A DNA stretch of 61,577 nucleotides from NCBI GenBank assembly GCA_018061255.1, contig JAGOUN010000003.1, forward strand, positions 1-61,577, written 5' to 3'. The first letter of the stretch is position 1. The number at the start of each line of letters is the position of its first letter. Of this stretch, positions 36,452-45,794 are shown piece by piece. Under the pieces are notes generated by a model that had not been told where the DNA came from, made no database searches, and saw only the letters and a list, made by a program, of their open reading frames with translations. The position numbers were made by a program, and so were the translations under genes. Source of the DNA: Gammaproteobacteria bacterium. GTDB taxonomy: Bacteria > Pseudomonadota > Gammaproteobacteria > JAGOUN01.

Positions 36452-38530
36452 TCACTGCACGGGGCAGGCTTCCAGTATTTGTTTGTTTGCATTGAGTTCT
36501 TTGTACAATAACTTGGCTGATTTTGGCCAAAATGGCCAGCACCCTCTTTTGCTCATCAACGTGGCTTTACCATCAGATGACGGCGGTGCAAACTGAGCTT
36601 CAACTTTTTCGAAAAACTCCTCACACTCGATTTTTCTGCTACTGTAGGTAGCAATTAAGCCATCCATAATTTCTTTTTTAGCGAGACTGATCGGATCTGG
36701 GTTTTTCTTACCACATTGTTTTTCTAAATACTGTAACGTATTCTTAAAAGCAGCGCGCGCTAAAGCCGCACGTTGTCGTGTCACTTTTTGTTCCTTCTCG
36801 CCTCCTTCCAAACTAACGAGCATTGCTTTTATTTCTGTCTTTGTAACATTGGATCCTGTTGCAGGAACATCAGACTGTAAAGTTTGAGCATGTTCCGAGC
36901 TCGCTACTACTTTATCTCCTGCATTTTTAACAAGTCTTTGCGTTTTCGAAAGAGAAAAAATAGAGCAGCCACGCGTTGCTAGTGCACTATTCGGCATGAC
37001 AAGAGCATTTGCGATACTTTTCGCCTCTGCTTCTAACTCTTGTGGCGTGTCAGCTGATTGACTTAGGCACCCTAAAAGCAATCTTGCTTTATCAGCATAC
37101 TGCTGGGGTGCTTCTTTATATTTCTCTACCACATGAGTAATGGCATCTTCATAAAAATGCGCTAATTTTTCAAAACGCCGATGTTTTTGCTGTCTTTCTT
37201 TTAACGCTTGCCATACTTTAAGTGGCATTTTTTTATTTTCGTCAACATAACGGCGCGTCACTTCTGCGTGTATTCTGTTCCATTGAGCCGGATCATTGTG
37301 CGGCCATTTTTCAGGTGTGTTATAACACGCTATGTCATTGTATAGCACTTTTGCAGTGCTAGCGTTTTTAATAAAAAATGCGAGATTATTATCATCTGCT
37401 TGCCCTAACATTTTCTCGGCAATTTTTTCAAAATCATTATCGTCCAAGCTAAAAGTAGGTGACGAATTATCTCGAGGAGGAGTGCCACTAATACTAGCAA
37501 GCCTTGACTCACCTGTGTATGCGGTTTTTAATCTTTCTCCAAGCTCAGGATCAAACAAATATGCACCGCCAATTAAATTCATTAGAGTAGTTTTATTTTT
37601 GCTTAGTGCTATTTTTTCACGCGTATCCCTTAAACATTCATTTAAAATATCTTCAGAGCATGATTTTGCATAAGCTAACATATCAGCAATCAGAGTGAGA
37701 TCGCCAAGCTCAACCGCTTCATCTAACAAAGTGATGCCGTTTTCTTCTGAAAAGATATGTATAGGTTGGCGTACTAATACAGACGCAATTTCCTTGACTG
37801 TTGTGCGTTTCCTAATTGCAGAATGCCGTGCAATTTGTTCTTCCGCATCTATTAGATCAGCTTCTCTGTTGCCAACAATTCCTTGTACACGCTCAAATTC
37901 TTCTCGAAGACGCGCACGATGCTCGGCCACATTCCTAAATATTTCTTCAAGTTGTTCAGACGATTTATTTATTAACTGCTCTGCTAACGCGTTTTCTTCA
38001 ATCTTATATGTTAGGTAAAACATTAAATCCGCTAAACAATCTAGCTGCTTTCTACCTTCTTCTGGCAGCGGATTACCGTGTCCTTTCATCGCATCTTGAT
38101 AGGATGCTAGTGCTTGGACTAAAATTTCCTTGATTATATTATCTACATTTTCTCTCGATGAGCCCCGCAAAATTAATTGCTCGATCGTTAGTTCGCATAG
38201 TTCCGCATAACGATCTTCACGCGTATAGAATAACAGGGTTGGATTTACTTTTTCTCTTAATTTCTGATCATAATCAAAGCCTCGTTCCGTAGAAAAATAA
38301 AGCGCCAATCTTTCACGCAAAACTCTTTTTCTATCATCATTATCTTTATTAACATCTTCATTAGAACCATCTGATACCTGTAATTTTTGCAGCTCTTTGA
38401 TGTCATAGCGAACCAGATGCTCAAGAGCCACCTCAACGCTTTGCTCACGCGTTGAGGAGACAGAAGAAGAAAAAGAAGAAGGAAGAGGAGAAGAATACAT
38501 TTGTTGAGAATCATCGAATAAATTCAACAT
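36452..38530 (-). CDS. Large orphan protein, paralogue 2 (about 692 aa); candidate secreted effector
   Basis: ATG 38530 is preceded by GAAGGTG. It shares VWQALKERQ..H.RFEKLAHFY..AI.HV.EKY, IANALV..NS.LA and SLSKTQRL/TLNKTQRL with paralogue 1. Confidence 0.75.
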   Translation of the reverse strand: MLNLFDDSQQMYSSPLPSSFSSSVSSTREQSVEVALEHLVRYDIKELQKLQVSDGSNEDVNKDNDDRKRVLRERLALYFSTERGFDYDQKLREKVNPTLLFYTREDRYAELCELTIEQLILRGSSRENVDNIIKEILVQALASYQDAMKGHGNPLPEEGRKQLDCLADLMFYLTYKIEENALAEQLINKSSEQLEEIFRNVAEHRARLREEFERVQGIVGNREADLIDAEEQIARHSAIRKRTTVKEIASVLVRQPIHIFSEENGITLLDEAVELGDLTLIADMLAYAKSCSEDILNECLRDTREKIALSKNKTTLMNLIGGAYLFDPELGERLKTAYTGESRLASISGTPPRDNSSPTFSLDDNDFEKIAEKMLGQADDNNLAFFIKNASTAKVLYNDIACYNTPEKWPHNDPAQWNRIHAEVTRRYVDENKKMPLKVWQALKERQQKHRRFEKLAHFYEDAITHVVEKYKEAPQQYADKARLLLGCLSQSADTPQELEAEAKSIANALVMPNSALATRGCSIFSLSKTQRLVKNAGDKVVASSEHAQTLQSDVPATGSNVTKTEIKAMLVSLEGGEKEQKVTRQRAALARAAFKNTLQYLEKQCGKKNPDPISLAKKEIMDGLIATYSSRKIECEEFFEKVEAQFAPPSSDGKATLMSKRGCWPFWPKSAKLLYKELNANKQILEACPVQ

Positions 38531-38610
38531 AATCACACCTTCGCGCTATTTAGCACGCATCGTTACTATTTTAATGTCTTAAAATCTAACAGAAGCTTGG
38601 GCGAAATCAA

Positions 38611-38642
38611 GCAATTATCTTACGTTTTTGTAGGATAATTGC
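38611..38642 (-). terminator. 13-bp-arm palindrome downstream of guaC and upstream of paralogue 2 (counterpart of 36367-36398)
   Basis: GCAATTATCTTAC-GTTTTT-GTAGGATAATTGC (one mismatch), followed by TTGATTT on the minus strand. Confidence 0.5.
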
Positions 38643-38697
38643 TTTTTGATTAATAAAAAAACACGTTGATTATGGCAGGAACAAACTGTCCCTACGT

Positions 38698-39753
38698 TCA
38701 TTTTTCTTCACCCACCTGGTAACTAGAATAGACTTCGTTCAATTGTTGCGACACTCGCACAAACGTCGTGCGTTTAGTAAGTTCTTTTAAGCGATTTGCT
38801 CCTACATAAGTACATGCTGAGCGCAATCCACCCAAAATGTCTAAAATCGTATTTTCCAAGGCGCCACGATAAGGAACATGGACCAATCGCCCTTCACTCG
38901 CACGATAATCTGCAACACTACCATAATGGGTATTCATCGCTTGTTTTGAACTCATGCCATAAAACGCTTTAAACGGCTGACCATTTTTTTCAATAATCTC
39001 GCCACCGCATTCATCATGGCCGGCCAACATTCCACCCATCATCACAAAATCTGCACCAGCAGCAAAAGATTTCGCGACGTCGCCCGGGCAAGTACATCCG
39101 CCATCAGCACAGACTAAACCTTGTAATCCATGCGCAGCATCGGCGCATTCAATGATTGCAGATAGCTGCGGATAACCCACACCGGTTTTATATCGAGTGG
39201 TACAAACCGATCCCGGCCCAATCCCAATTTTAACAATATCTGCACCAGAAATGAGCAACTCTTCAGTCATCTCACCTGTCACTACATTACCGGCCATAAT
39301 GATTTTATCGGGGAATGTGTCGCGTAATTGACGTAAAAAGGTCACAAAATGCTGCGTATAACCATTGGCTACGTCTAAACAAATAAATGGCGTATCCACG
39401 CGCGCAAAAACTTCTTTGGCATGCAGAAGATCGTCCTGGCTTGTTCCCATAGAGACAAAACAATGTTGCAAAGTCTCTGGCGAAGCTTGGCTATAATTTT
39501 GCCAATCTTGCAAGGAAACAAACTTATGCATCGCCGTCATTAAACCATGCCGCGCCATCACCTGCGCAACGTCAAAAGTCCCGGTGTGATCCATGTTAGA
39601 CGCCACAATCGGAATGCCGCTCCAGGTGAGTGAGGCATATTTAAATTTATAATGCTGCTCCAAGCTCACTTCTGAGCGCGAAGTTAAAGTGCTACGTTTG
39701 GGACGGATTAAAACGTCTTTAAAATCAAGTTTAGTATCATTTTCTATGCGCAT
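38698..39753 (-). CDS. guaC: GMP reductase
   Basis: [40 protein letters not shown]-like [14 protein letters not shown]. Confidence 0.93.
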   Translation of the reverse strand: MRIENDTKLDFKDVLIRPKRSTLTSRSEVSLEQHYKFKYASLTWSGIPIVASNMDHTGTFDVAQVMARHGLMTAMHKFVSLQDWQNYSQASPETLQHCFVSMGTSQDDLLHAKEVFARVDTPFICLDVANGYTQHFVTFLRQLRDTFPDKIIMAGNVVTGEMTEELLISGADIVKIGIGPGSVCTTRYKTGVGYPQLSAIIECADAAHGLQGLVCADGGCTCPGDVAKSFAAGADFVMMGGMLAGHDECGGEIIEKNGQPFKAFYGMSSKQAMNTHYGSVADYRASEGRLVHVPYRGALENTILDILGGLRSACTYVGANRLKELTKRTTFVRVSQQLNEVYSSYQVGEEK

Positions 39754-39794
39754 TGTGAGCTCTCTACTGACTTAATGCGTAACGATAACACATA

Positions 39795-39995
39795 TTAATC
39801 CAAACTCAACATCCGCAATATTTTCAAAGCCTTTTCAAGCGTAATACTTGTTTTTCCTGACTCAAAATTATTGAGTGTCGGTTTGCTAACGCCTGACAAT
39901 ACAGCTAATTGTTCTTGAGTAAGGCCTTGTTCTTTCCGGCGTTTTATCGCTTCTTTGACAAGTGTTTGCCAATTAAGGCGAATATTCCGTTCCAT
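39795..39995 (-). CDS. XRE-family HTH protein, putative HipB-like antitoxin encoded downstream of hipA
   Basis: 66 aa with GLTQEQLAVLSGVSKPTLNNFESGK. The only ATG (39995) lies 52 nt inside the hipA 3' end. Confidence 0.75.
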   Translation of the reverse strand: MERNIRLNWQTLVKEAIKRRKEQGLTQEQLAVLSGVSKPTLNNFESGKTSITLEKALKILRMLSLD

Positions 39996-41152
39996 TTTTT
40001 TCTCATTAAATTAACTAAAGCTTCTTTAAACTCCGAATTCATTATGTCCGCAGCAGTCACCGCATGTATTGCCTGAGGCAGGTTTTTTGCCAACTGCTTT
40101 ACCGCCATATCAATTGCCATATCCGATAATCCATATGCTCGACCCAAACGAATAATACTTCTTGGCTTGAGTACATCGATAGCGAAATTCGCAGCACCCG
40201 CAACGGATAATGCCAAGGTTTTATACCCGTATAACACCGCAGAGACTTGATCATAAGATGGCGCCAAGCGCAGTCCGTGCGGGGTATATATCATAGAAAA
40301 ATTTTTTAGGTGCATATCCGTATTACCAATAAGCATTCCAGCTAATATACGCAAAAATAAACGATAATTTTCTGTTATTAAACATTGCGTATTATTTGAA
40401 ATAAATACAGACATATCTTCATAAGCACCATCATATTTTTTCTGAGATGCGCGACCCAATAATTGATTAAACTCTTCAAAATGAATTCGTTGGCCATTGT
40501 TTCTATCGAAACGCTTTATAAGTAATGCACTCTTTGCAACATTTTCTACTTCTCCAAAAAACAATTCTGCTACAGAATCATTTGGCAGCAAAGCTTGAAA
40601 CGCCTGCATCGATAAATATTCATTTTCTAATAAATCATCGTGTTCTTTTGAAGAAAATTTTGCAATGTGGGTACTTAATTCATTAAATTTGCTTGGAAAA
40701 AATTTTCCATCACGCGCAATCACTGTCATTTTAGGTTGAACACCAGAAAGCGATGCACGATTGGTCAACAGCGCCATTTCTTGAGGATTAGAGTGATCTA
40801 ATAATTTTTCTGTAATTTCAGCAGGCTCAGGGTCAACCACAGAAACAGCGCCAGAGCAATCATGACCATAAGCCAATAAAAGCTCGAACCTTGACGCCGC
40901 CCGTTTCTCTAGCAATTTTTTTTGTGCTTGCTCTAACCATCCTTCAGCAACCAGATTATCAAAAAAAGGCGGCAGATCTGCGGTATAAATAAACGAGTTT
41001 TTTTGCAACGGCAAAGTATAAGCAATGGCCGGCGCGCCTGAATTGAGATAACTCTCGTCGTAGCAAAAGCTGACACGACTACCCGGCTCTTGACGAAGAT
41101 AGCCCACGAATTGATCGTGATAATAAACTTGCCCCCAAAGCAATCTAGCCAT
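39944..41152 (-). CDS. hipA: HipA-family serine/threonine kinase toxin
   Basis: N-terminal coupling domain (GQVYYHDQFVGYLRQ), SLSGVQPKMTV loop, catalytic GNTDMHLKNFSMIY, SYDQVS. Confidence 0.86.
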   Translation of the reverse strand: MARLLWGQVYYHDQFVGYLRQEPGSRVSFCYDESYLNSGAPAIAYTLPLQKNSFIYTADLPPFFDNLVAEGWLEQAQKKLLEKRAASRFELLLAYGHDCSGAVSVVDPEPAEITEKLLDHSNPQEMALLTNRASLSGVQPKMTVIARDGKFFPSKFNELSTHIAKFSSKEHDDLLENEYLSMQAFQALLPNDSVAELFFGEVENVAKSALLIKRFDRNNGQRIHFEEFNQLLGRASQKKYDGAYEDMSVFISNNTQCLITENYRLFLRILAGMLIGNTDMHLKNFSMIYTPHGLRLAPSYDQVSAVLYGYKTLALSVAGAANFAIDVLKPRSIIRLGRAYGLSDMAIDMAVKQLAKNLPQAIHAVTAADIMNSEFKEALVNLMRKKWNGIFALIGKHLSKKR

Positions 41153-41253
41153 AGTAAAATATCCTTTACTTAATCAAGATGTACTTATCATAAAGTAAAT
41201 TATAGTTTACTTTGTAAAGAAAATTCAAGCCTGTTAGTAAAAAATATTTTACT
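41153..41253. promoter_or_regulatory. Three AGTAAA-N6-TTTACT palindromic operator candidates in the hipA/polA divergent intergenic region
   Basis: Sites at 41153-41170, 41194-41211 and 41236-41253. The centres are 41 and 42 bp apart. Confidence 0.65.
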
Positions 41254-41312
41254 TATTATTGAAGCATTCTGCGGTACAATACTGCATCTTTATGAGTATG
41301 ACCGAGTAATTT

Positions 41313-43988
41313 ATGCCTACCCCTGCGCCGATTATTTTTGTTGATGGCTCTTCTTATCTGTATCGCGCGTATCATGCCATGCCGCCATTTGTGAACAGCA
41401 AGGGCCAGCATACCAACGCCATTTATGGCGTCATCAACATGTTAAAAAGTTTACTTGATCGTTATAAACCCGATCATGTGGCGATTATTTTTGATGCCAA
41501 AGGAAAATCATTTCGTTCAGACTGGTATTCCGAATACAAAGCTCATCGCCCACCCATGCCGGAAGATTTGCGTGAACAAATCGAACCCTTACATAAAATT
41601 ATTGAAGCCATGGGATTACCGTTATTGTGTGTTTCAGGCGTGGAAGCGGATGATGTGATTGGCACTTTGGCTCGTCAAGCAACGGAACAAAAATTAGAAG
41701 TAGTGATTTCAACGGGCGATAAAGATATCGCTCAACTCGTCAACGAGCACATCACTTTGATTAATACCATGACCAATCAAAAAATGGATCGCGCAGGAGT
41801 GATTGCCAAGTTTGGTTTACCACCAGAACAGATTATCGATTATTTGGCGCTGATGGGAGACACCTCCGATGGGGTGCCCGGCATTCCTAAAGTGGGGCCA
41901 AAAACAGCAGTCAAATGGTTAGAGACTTATGGTTCCGTAGAGAAAATTATACTGCATGCCAATGAAATCACCGGAAAAGTCGGTGAAAATCTACGCGCTA
42001 ATTTAACTCAATTGGAATTAGCAAAAAAATTAGTCACGATTGTGACGGATTTAACGTTACCATTTGGCATTAATGAATTAGAACGAAAACATGCTGATCA
42101 TGATGCGTTATTAGCACTTTTCACAGAACTAGAATTCACTGCCTGGTCGGGCGCACTTAAAGCCAAAAGCACATTAATTAAAACACACAAAAAAACCCAC
42201 ACTATTTTCAGTGCAGCTCAACTGTCTGAATGGGCTGAACGTTTGCAAACTGCAGATATGATTTCTTTTGACACTGAAACCACCAGCCTTGACTACATGC
42301 AAGCTAAATTAGTTGGATTCTCGTTTGCTATTACCACTGATGAAGCGTGTTATGTCCCATTAAACCATGATTATGAAAATGCGCCGCAGCAACTTTCTTT
42401 CGAAGAAGCATTCGCTATTATTCAACCCATTTTAGAAAATGAGAAAATTAAAAAAGTCGGTCAAAATTTAAAATATGATTATCAAGTGTTAAAAAATGCA
42501 GGCATCACGCTACGCGGCATTGCAGCAGATAGCATGTTGGAATCGTATGTATACAATAGCACGGCGACTCGCCATGACATGGATAGCCTAGCTCTAAAAT
42601 ATTTGCAGCATCAAACTATCAAATATGAAGATGTTGCGGGCAAAGGCGCAAAGCAATTGACATTTAATCAAGTGTCAATTGAACAAGCAGCGCCGTATGC
42701 CGCTGAGGATGCGGCTATTGCTTTAGAATTGCACCACTATTTTTTATCACGCTTAGAAGAAAAGCCAGCGCAAGTGTTAAATGAAATTGAAGTGCCACTT
42801 ATTACTGTCCTGGCAGAAATGGAGTTAAATGGCGTTGGTGTTGATAAAATTCAGTTACAACAACAAAGTACAGAATTAGGCGATCGTTTAAAGCAACTAG
42901 AAGCAGAAATTTATCAACTCGCCGGCGCGATTTTCAATGTGAATTCTCCTATGCAACTACAAGAAATTTTATACGATAAGCTTGCCTTGCCTATATTGAA
43001 AAAGACGCCTAAAGGCCAACCTTCGACAGCAGAAGAGGTGTTAAGTGAATTAGCGTTGGATTATCCTTTGCCAAAATGTATTTTAGAATATAGGCAATTG
43101 AATAAATTAAAATCAACCTACACTGATCAATTACCAAAACAAATTGATGCCGCCACGGGAAGAGTGCATTCATCTTTTCATCAAGCGGTGACTGCAACCG
43201 GGCGATTATCGTCCTCAAGCCCCAATTTACAAAACATCCCCGTGCGCACGGAAGAAGGACGAAAAATTCGCAAAGCCTTTGTAGCGCGCCCAGGCTATAA
43301 AATAATTGCTGCAGATTATTCGCAAATTGAATTACGCATTATGGCGCATCTATCTAATGACCCAGGCTTTCAACATGCATTTCAAAATAATCTCGATATT
43401 CATAAAGCCACTGCGGCGGAAATATTTAACGTTGCGCTTGAAGCCGTCACGCCATTGCAAAGACGCAGCGCCAAGGCAATTAATTTTGGCTTAATTTATG
43501 GCATGTCAAATTTTGGCCTTGCCAAACAATTGGGGCTGGATCGCAATGCGGCGCAAAACTATATTCAACGTTATTTTGAACGTTACCCTGGCGTAAAACG
43601 TTATATGGATGAAACACGGGCTTTAGCACATCGACAGGGTTACGTTGAAACATTTTTTGGACGAAGATTATATTTACCCCTCATTAATGCTGAAAACAAA
43701 ATGCAACAGCAAGCAGCAGAACGTATGGCGATTAATGCTCCCATGCAAGGAACCGCAGCAGATATCATTAAACTCGCGATGATTCGCGTGCATGAATGGC
43801 TGAGTGCGCATGAACCAAAAACAGTGATGGTAATGCAAGTACACGATGAGCTGGTGTTTGAAACCCCAGAGGAAAACGTGCAAGCGATTGCTGAAAAACT
43901 TAAGCCTATTATGGAAAATGCTGCGACATTGTCGGTGCCATTGATTGTCGATGTTGGCATTGGTGGTAATTGGGATGAGGCGCATTGA
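41313..43988 (+). CDS. polA: DNA polymerase I
   Basis: 5'-nuclease domain (VDGSSYLYRAYHA), 3'-5' exonuclease domain (SFDTETTSLD), polymerase motifs DYSQIELR, RRSAKAINFGLIYG, QVHDELVFE. Confidence 0.97.
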   Translation: MPTPAPIIFVDGSSYLYRAYHAMPPFVNSKGQHTNAIYGVINMLKSLLDRYKPDHVAIIFDAKGKSFRSDWYSEYKAHRPPMPEDLREQIEPLHKIIEAMGLPLLCVSGVEADDVIGTLARQATEQKLEVVISTGDKDIAQLVNEHITLINTMTNQKMDRAGVIAKFGLPPEQIIDYLALMGDTSDGVPGIPKVGPKTAVKWLETYGSVEKIILHANEITGKVGENLRANLTQLELAKKLVTIVTDLTLPFGINELERKHADHDALLALFTELEFTAWSGALKAKSTLIKTHKKTHTIFSAAQLSEWAERLQTADMISFDTETTSLDYMQAKLVGFSFAITTDEACYVPLNHDYENAPQQLSFEEAFAIIQPILENEKIKKVGQNLKYDYQVLKNAGITLRGIAADSMLESYVYNSTATRHDMDSLALKYLQHQTIKYEDVAGKGAKQLTFNQVSIEQAAPYAAEDAAIALELHHYFLSRLEEKPAQVLNEIEVPLITVLAEMELNGVGVDKIQLQQQSTELGDRLKQLEAEIYQLAGAIFNVNSPMQLQEILYDKLALPILKKTPKGQPSTAEEVLSELALDYPLPKCILEYRQLNKLKSTYTDQLPKQIDAATGRVHSSFHQAVTATGRLSSSSPNLQNIPVRTEEGRKIRKAFVARPGYKIIAADYSQIELRIMAHLSNDPGFQHAFQNNLDIHKATAAEIFNVALEAVTPLQRRSAKAINFGLIYGMSNFGLAKQLGLDRNAAQNYIQRYFERYPGVKRYMDETRALAHRQGYVETFFGRRLYLPLINAENKMQQQAAERMAINAPMQGTAADIIKLAMIRVHEWLSAHEPKTVMVMQVHDELVFETPEENVQAIAEKLKPIMENAATLSVPLIVDVGIGGNWDEAH

Positions 43989-43993
43989 TTGAT

Positions 43994-44656
43994 ATGAGTG
44001 TTCATTCTATAACTAACCCTGATTGTCAGGAATATTTTTCCTCGCTTTGTGCAGAAGAGTCGGATATTCAATGTTCGTTAAAAGCACTTGTTGCGACTTT
44101 GGATAAAGTGCCGCCCATGTACATTGACGCGCTGCAAGGCGCCATTTTGGCGTTCTTAGCGCGCAGTATTCAGGCCAAAAACCTCTTGGAAATCGGCACT
44201 TTTGTAGGATACGGGACATTATGGTTGTCGCGAGCCTTATTACCTGATGGGCAAATCACTACCTGCGAAATTGACAAACGCTGGTGGCCTATTGCCCGCC
44301 AGGCCTTCGAACAAGCGGGGGTTTCCCAGCAAATTATCCAGGAAAAACAAGCCGCATTACTGAGTTTAAAAAAATGGACTTCTTTTGAATCACCCCCTCA
44401 GTTTGACTTTATTTTTGTAGATGCTGATAAGTCTAATTCTCCCATTTATTTTGAACATTGCCTCAAATTACTGAGCCCGAATGGGTTATTGGTGATGGAT
44501 AATGTCTGGTGGCAAGGAAAATTGTTGGACGAAAATTATTCACAAAAACGCGCGCAAGTGTTACGCAAGTTTAATCAAGATTTAGCCAAAGACCCGCGAA
44601 TTGATCTAGTCATGCTACCAATCAGCGATGGCATGAGCTTGATTCGAAAGCGCTAG
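43994..44656 (+). CDS. Class I SAM-dependent O-methyltransferase (family 3, caffeoyl-CoA OMT-like)
   Basis: LLEIGTFVGYGTLWL, FDFIFVDADK, LSPNGLLVMDNVWW. Confidence 0.8.
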   Translation: MSVHSITNPDCQEYFSSLCAEESDIQCSLKALVATLDKVPPMYIDALQGAILAFLARSIQAKNLLEIGTFVGYGTLWLSRALLPDGQITTCEIDKRWWPIARQAFEQAGVSQQIIQEKQAALLSLKKWTSFESPPQFDFIFVDADKSNSPIYFEHCLKLLSPNGLLVMDNVWWQGKLLDENYSQKRAQVLRKFNQDLAKDPRIDLVMLPISDGMSLIRKR

Positions 44657-44670
44657 AAATCAGCGATGTT

Positions 44671-45282
44671 TTATTTTAACCTTGGCGAGGTCATCATGCT
44701 CAGCAAACTTTCCTCTTGAGGCAACCTCTGAGCTATTTTTAGCTTCTCTGCGTACCAACCATAATGTTGGGCTTGTGTTACTAGACGAGGAAAGTAATTC
44801 GCGTCTAAAAAATTGCAGCGAGGATTTTTTTTATCCTGACACAATTGATGATCTTTTTTGATGGATTCTATGAAAGCATAAGCTTGCTTTACGTTAATTT
44901 GATAGCTGTATGATAAAATCCTAGAGTAGTTATCGAGTTTAATTTTTTCAGAAATTTCGTTAATTGTTATGTACGAAACTTCTGTTTGATTGCTAAATAA
45001 AAGATCGAGATTTTTATTATTAATTTTAGCGCTGTACTCACCAATAAAATCTTCCAAAAACTCAATACGAGAACCAAAAAAAGAAGCAGGAGAAGAGGAA
45101 GATTTCCGTAGTCCTTCGATGACAAAAACAAAAGAGTCAGCATGCCTGATAAGAGAGAGCACAAATATTTTTTCATTAAAACCGAGCGAGCTGTCTATGC
45201 GGCTAGGAAATGTAAACAACTCTTCATCATTATTAGATTGAAGTAAATGCTCTTTAAGATCGCTGGTATTCATTTTATACAC
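44671..45282 (-). CDS. Orphan hypothetical protein (203 aa)
   Basis: Uninterrupted ORF in an AT-rich stretch. No recognisable motif, and coding status is not independently supported. Confidence 0.45.
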   Translation of the reverse strand: MYKMNTSDLKEHLLQSNNDEELFTFPSRIDSSLGFNEKIFVLSLIRHADSFVFVIEGLRKSSSSPASFFGSRIEFLEDFIGEYSAKINNKNLDLLFSNQTEVSYITINEISEKIKLDNYSRILSYSYQINVKQAYAFIESIKKDHQLCQDKKNPRCNFLDANYFPRLVTQAQHYGWYAEKLKIAQRLPQEESLLSMMTSPRLK

Positions 45283-45429
45283 ACCTGATTGATTTTTTTA
45301 TTTTCATATTAAGTATAATAAGAGATCATTAAAAGAATATTAAGAGAACATTACAAAAATCCCATTCGAACTTTACCGCGACCGACAAAGTGTGAACTAT
45401 GCGTTTGCAAGGCGCAACTCTCACACCAC

Positions 45430-45683
45430 CACGGCAATCGGGCCAGAACTTAAACAATTTTAGAGCTATCTGATATTTTCTGCCTATGTTTTATTCTGTA
45501 TTGGCTTATTCACTGCAAAAACAATAGCGATTGTGTCATCCCAGCGTAGGCTGGGACCCAGTCCGCAAGGTTTTAACATACTAGCAAATTATCGCGATCA
45601 CTTTTTTTAAGACTAGGCCCCAGCCTACGCTGGGATGACACAATAGTTGGTTGCATTGCTTAATTTCTGGCCCGATTGCCGTG
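45430..45683. repeat. Nested palindromic element: perfect 19-bp outer inverted repeats enclosing a complete family B repeat
   Basis: Outer arms are CACGGCAATCGGGCCAGAA at 45430-45448 and TTCTGGCCCGATTGCCGTG at 45665-45683. Inner arms are 45531-45563 and 45611-45643. Confidence 0.85.
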
Positions 45684-45794
45684 CATACTCGCTCACTGCA
45701 GCTTGATTCTAAACAATAGCTTGAGTTATCATAAACGACCAATTAGTTTCTAAATATTATTGGCTAATAATTAGCCAGCACCGAAGGAAAAATT

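Noticed and set aside
43640-44071. Minus-strand ORFs of 143 and 103 aa over the polA 3' end
   Set aside because: They are antisense to the conserved polymerase motif region (QVHDELVFE) and have no motif or ribosome-binding site.
45684-45794. Zur box controlling rpmE
   Set aside because: The palindrome present (TGGCTAATAATTAGCCA) does not resemble the Zur consensus I recall. This L31 is the zinc-binding C+ form, which is not the usual Zur-regulated paralogue.
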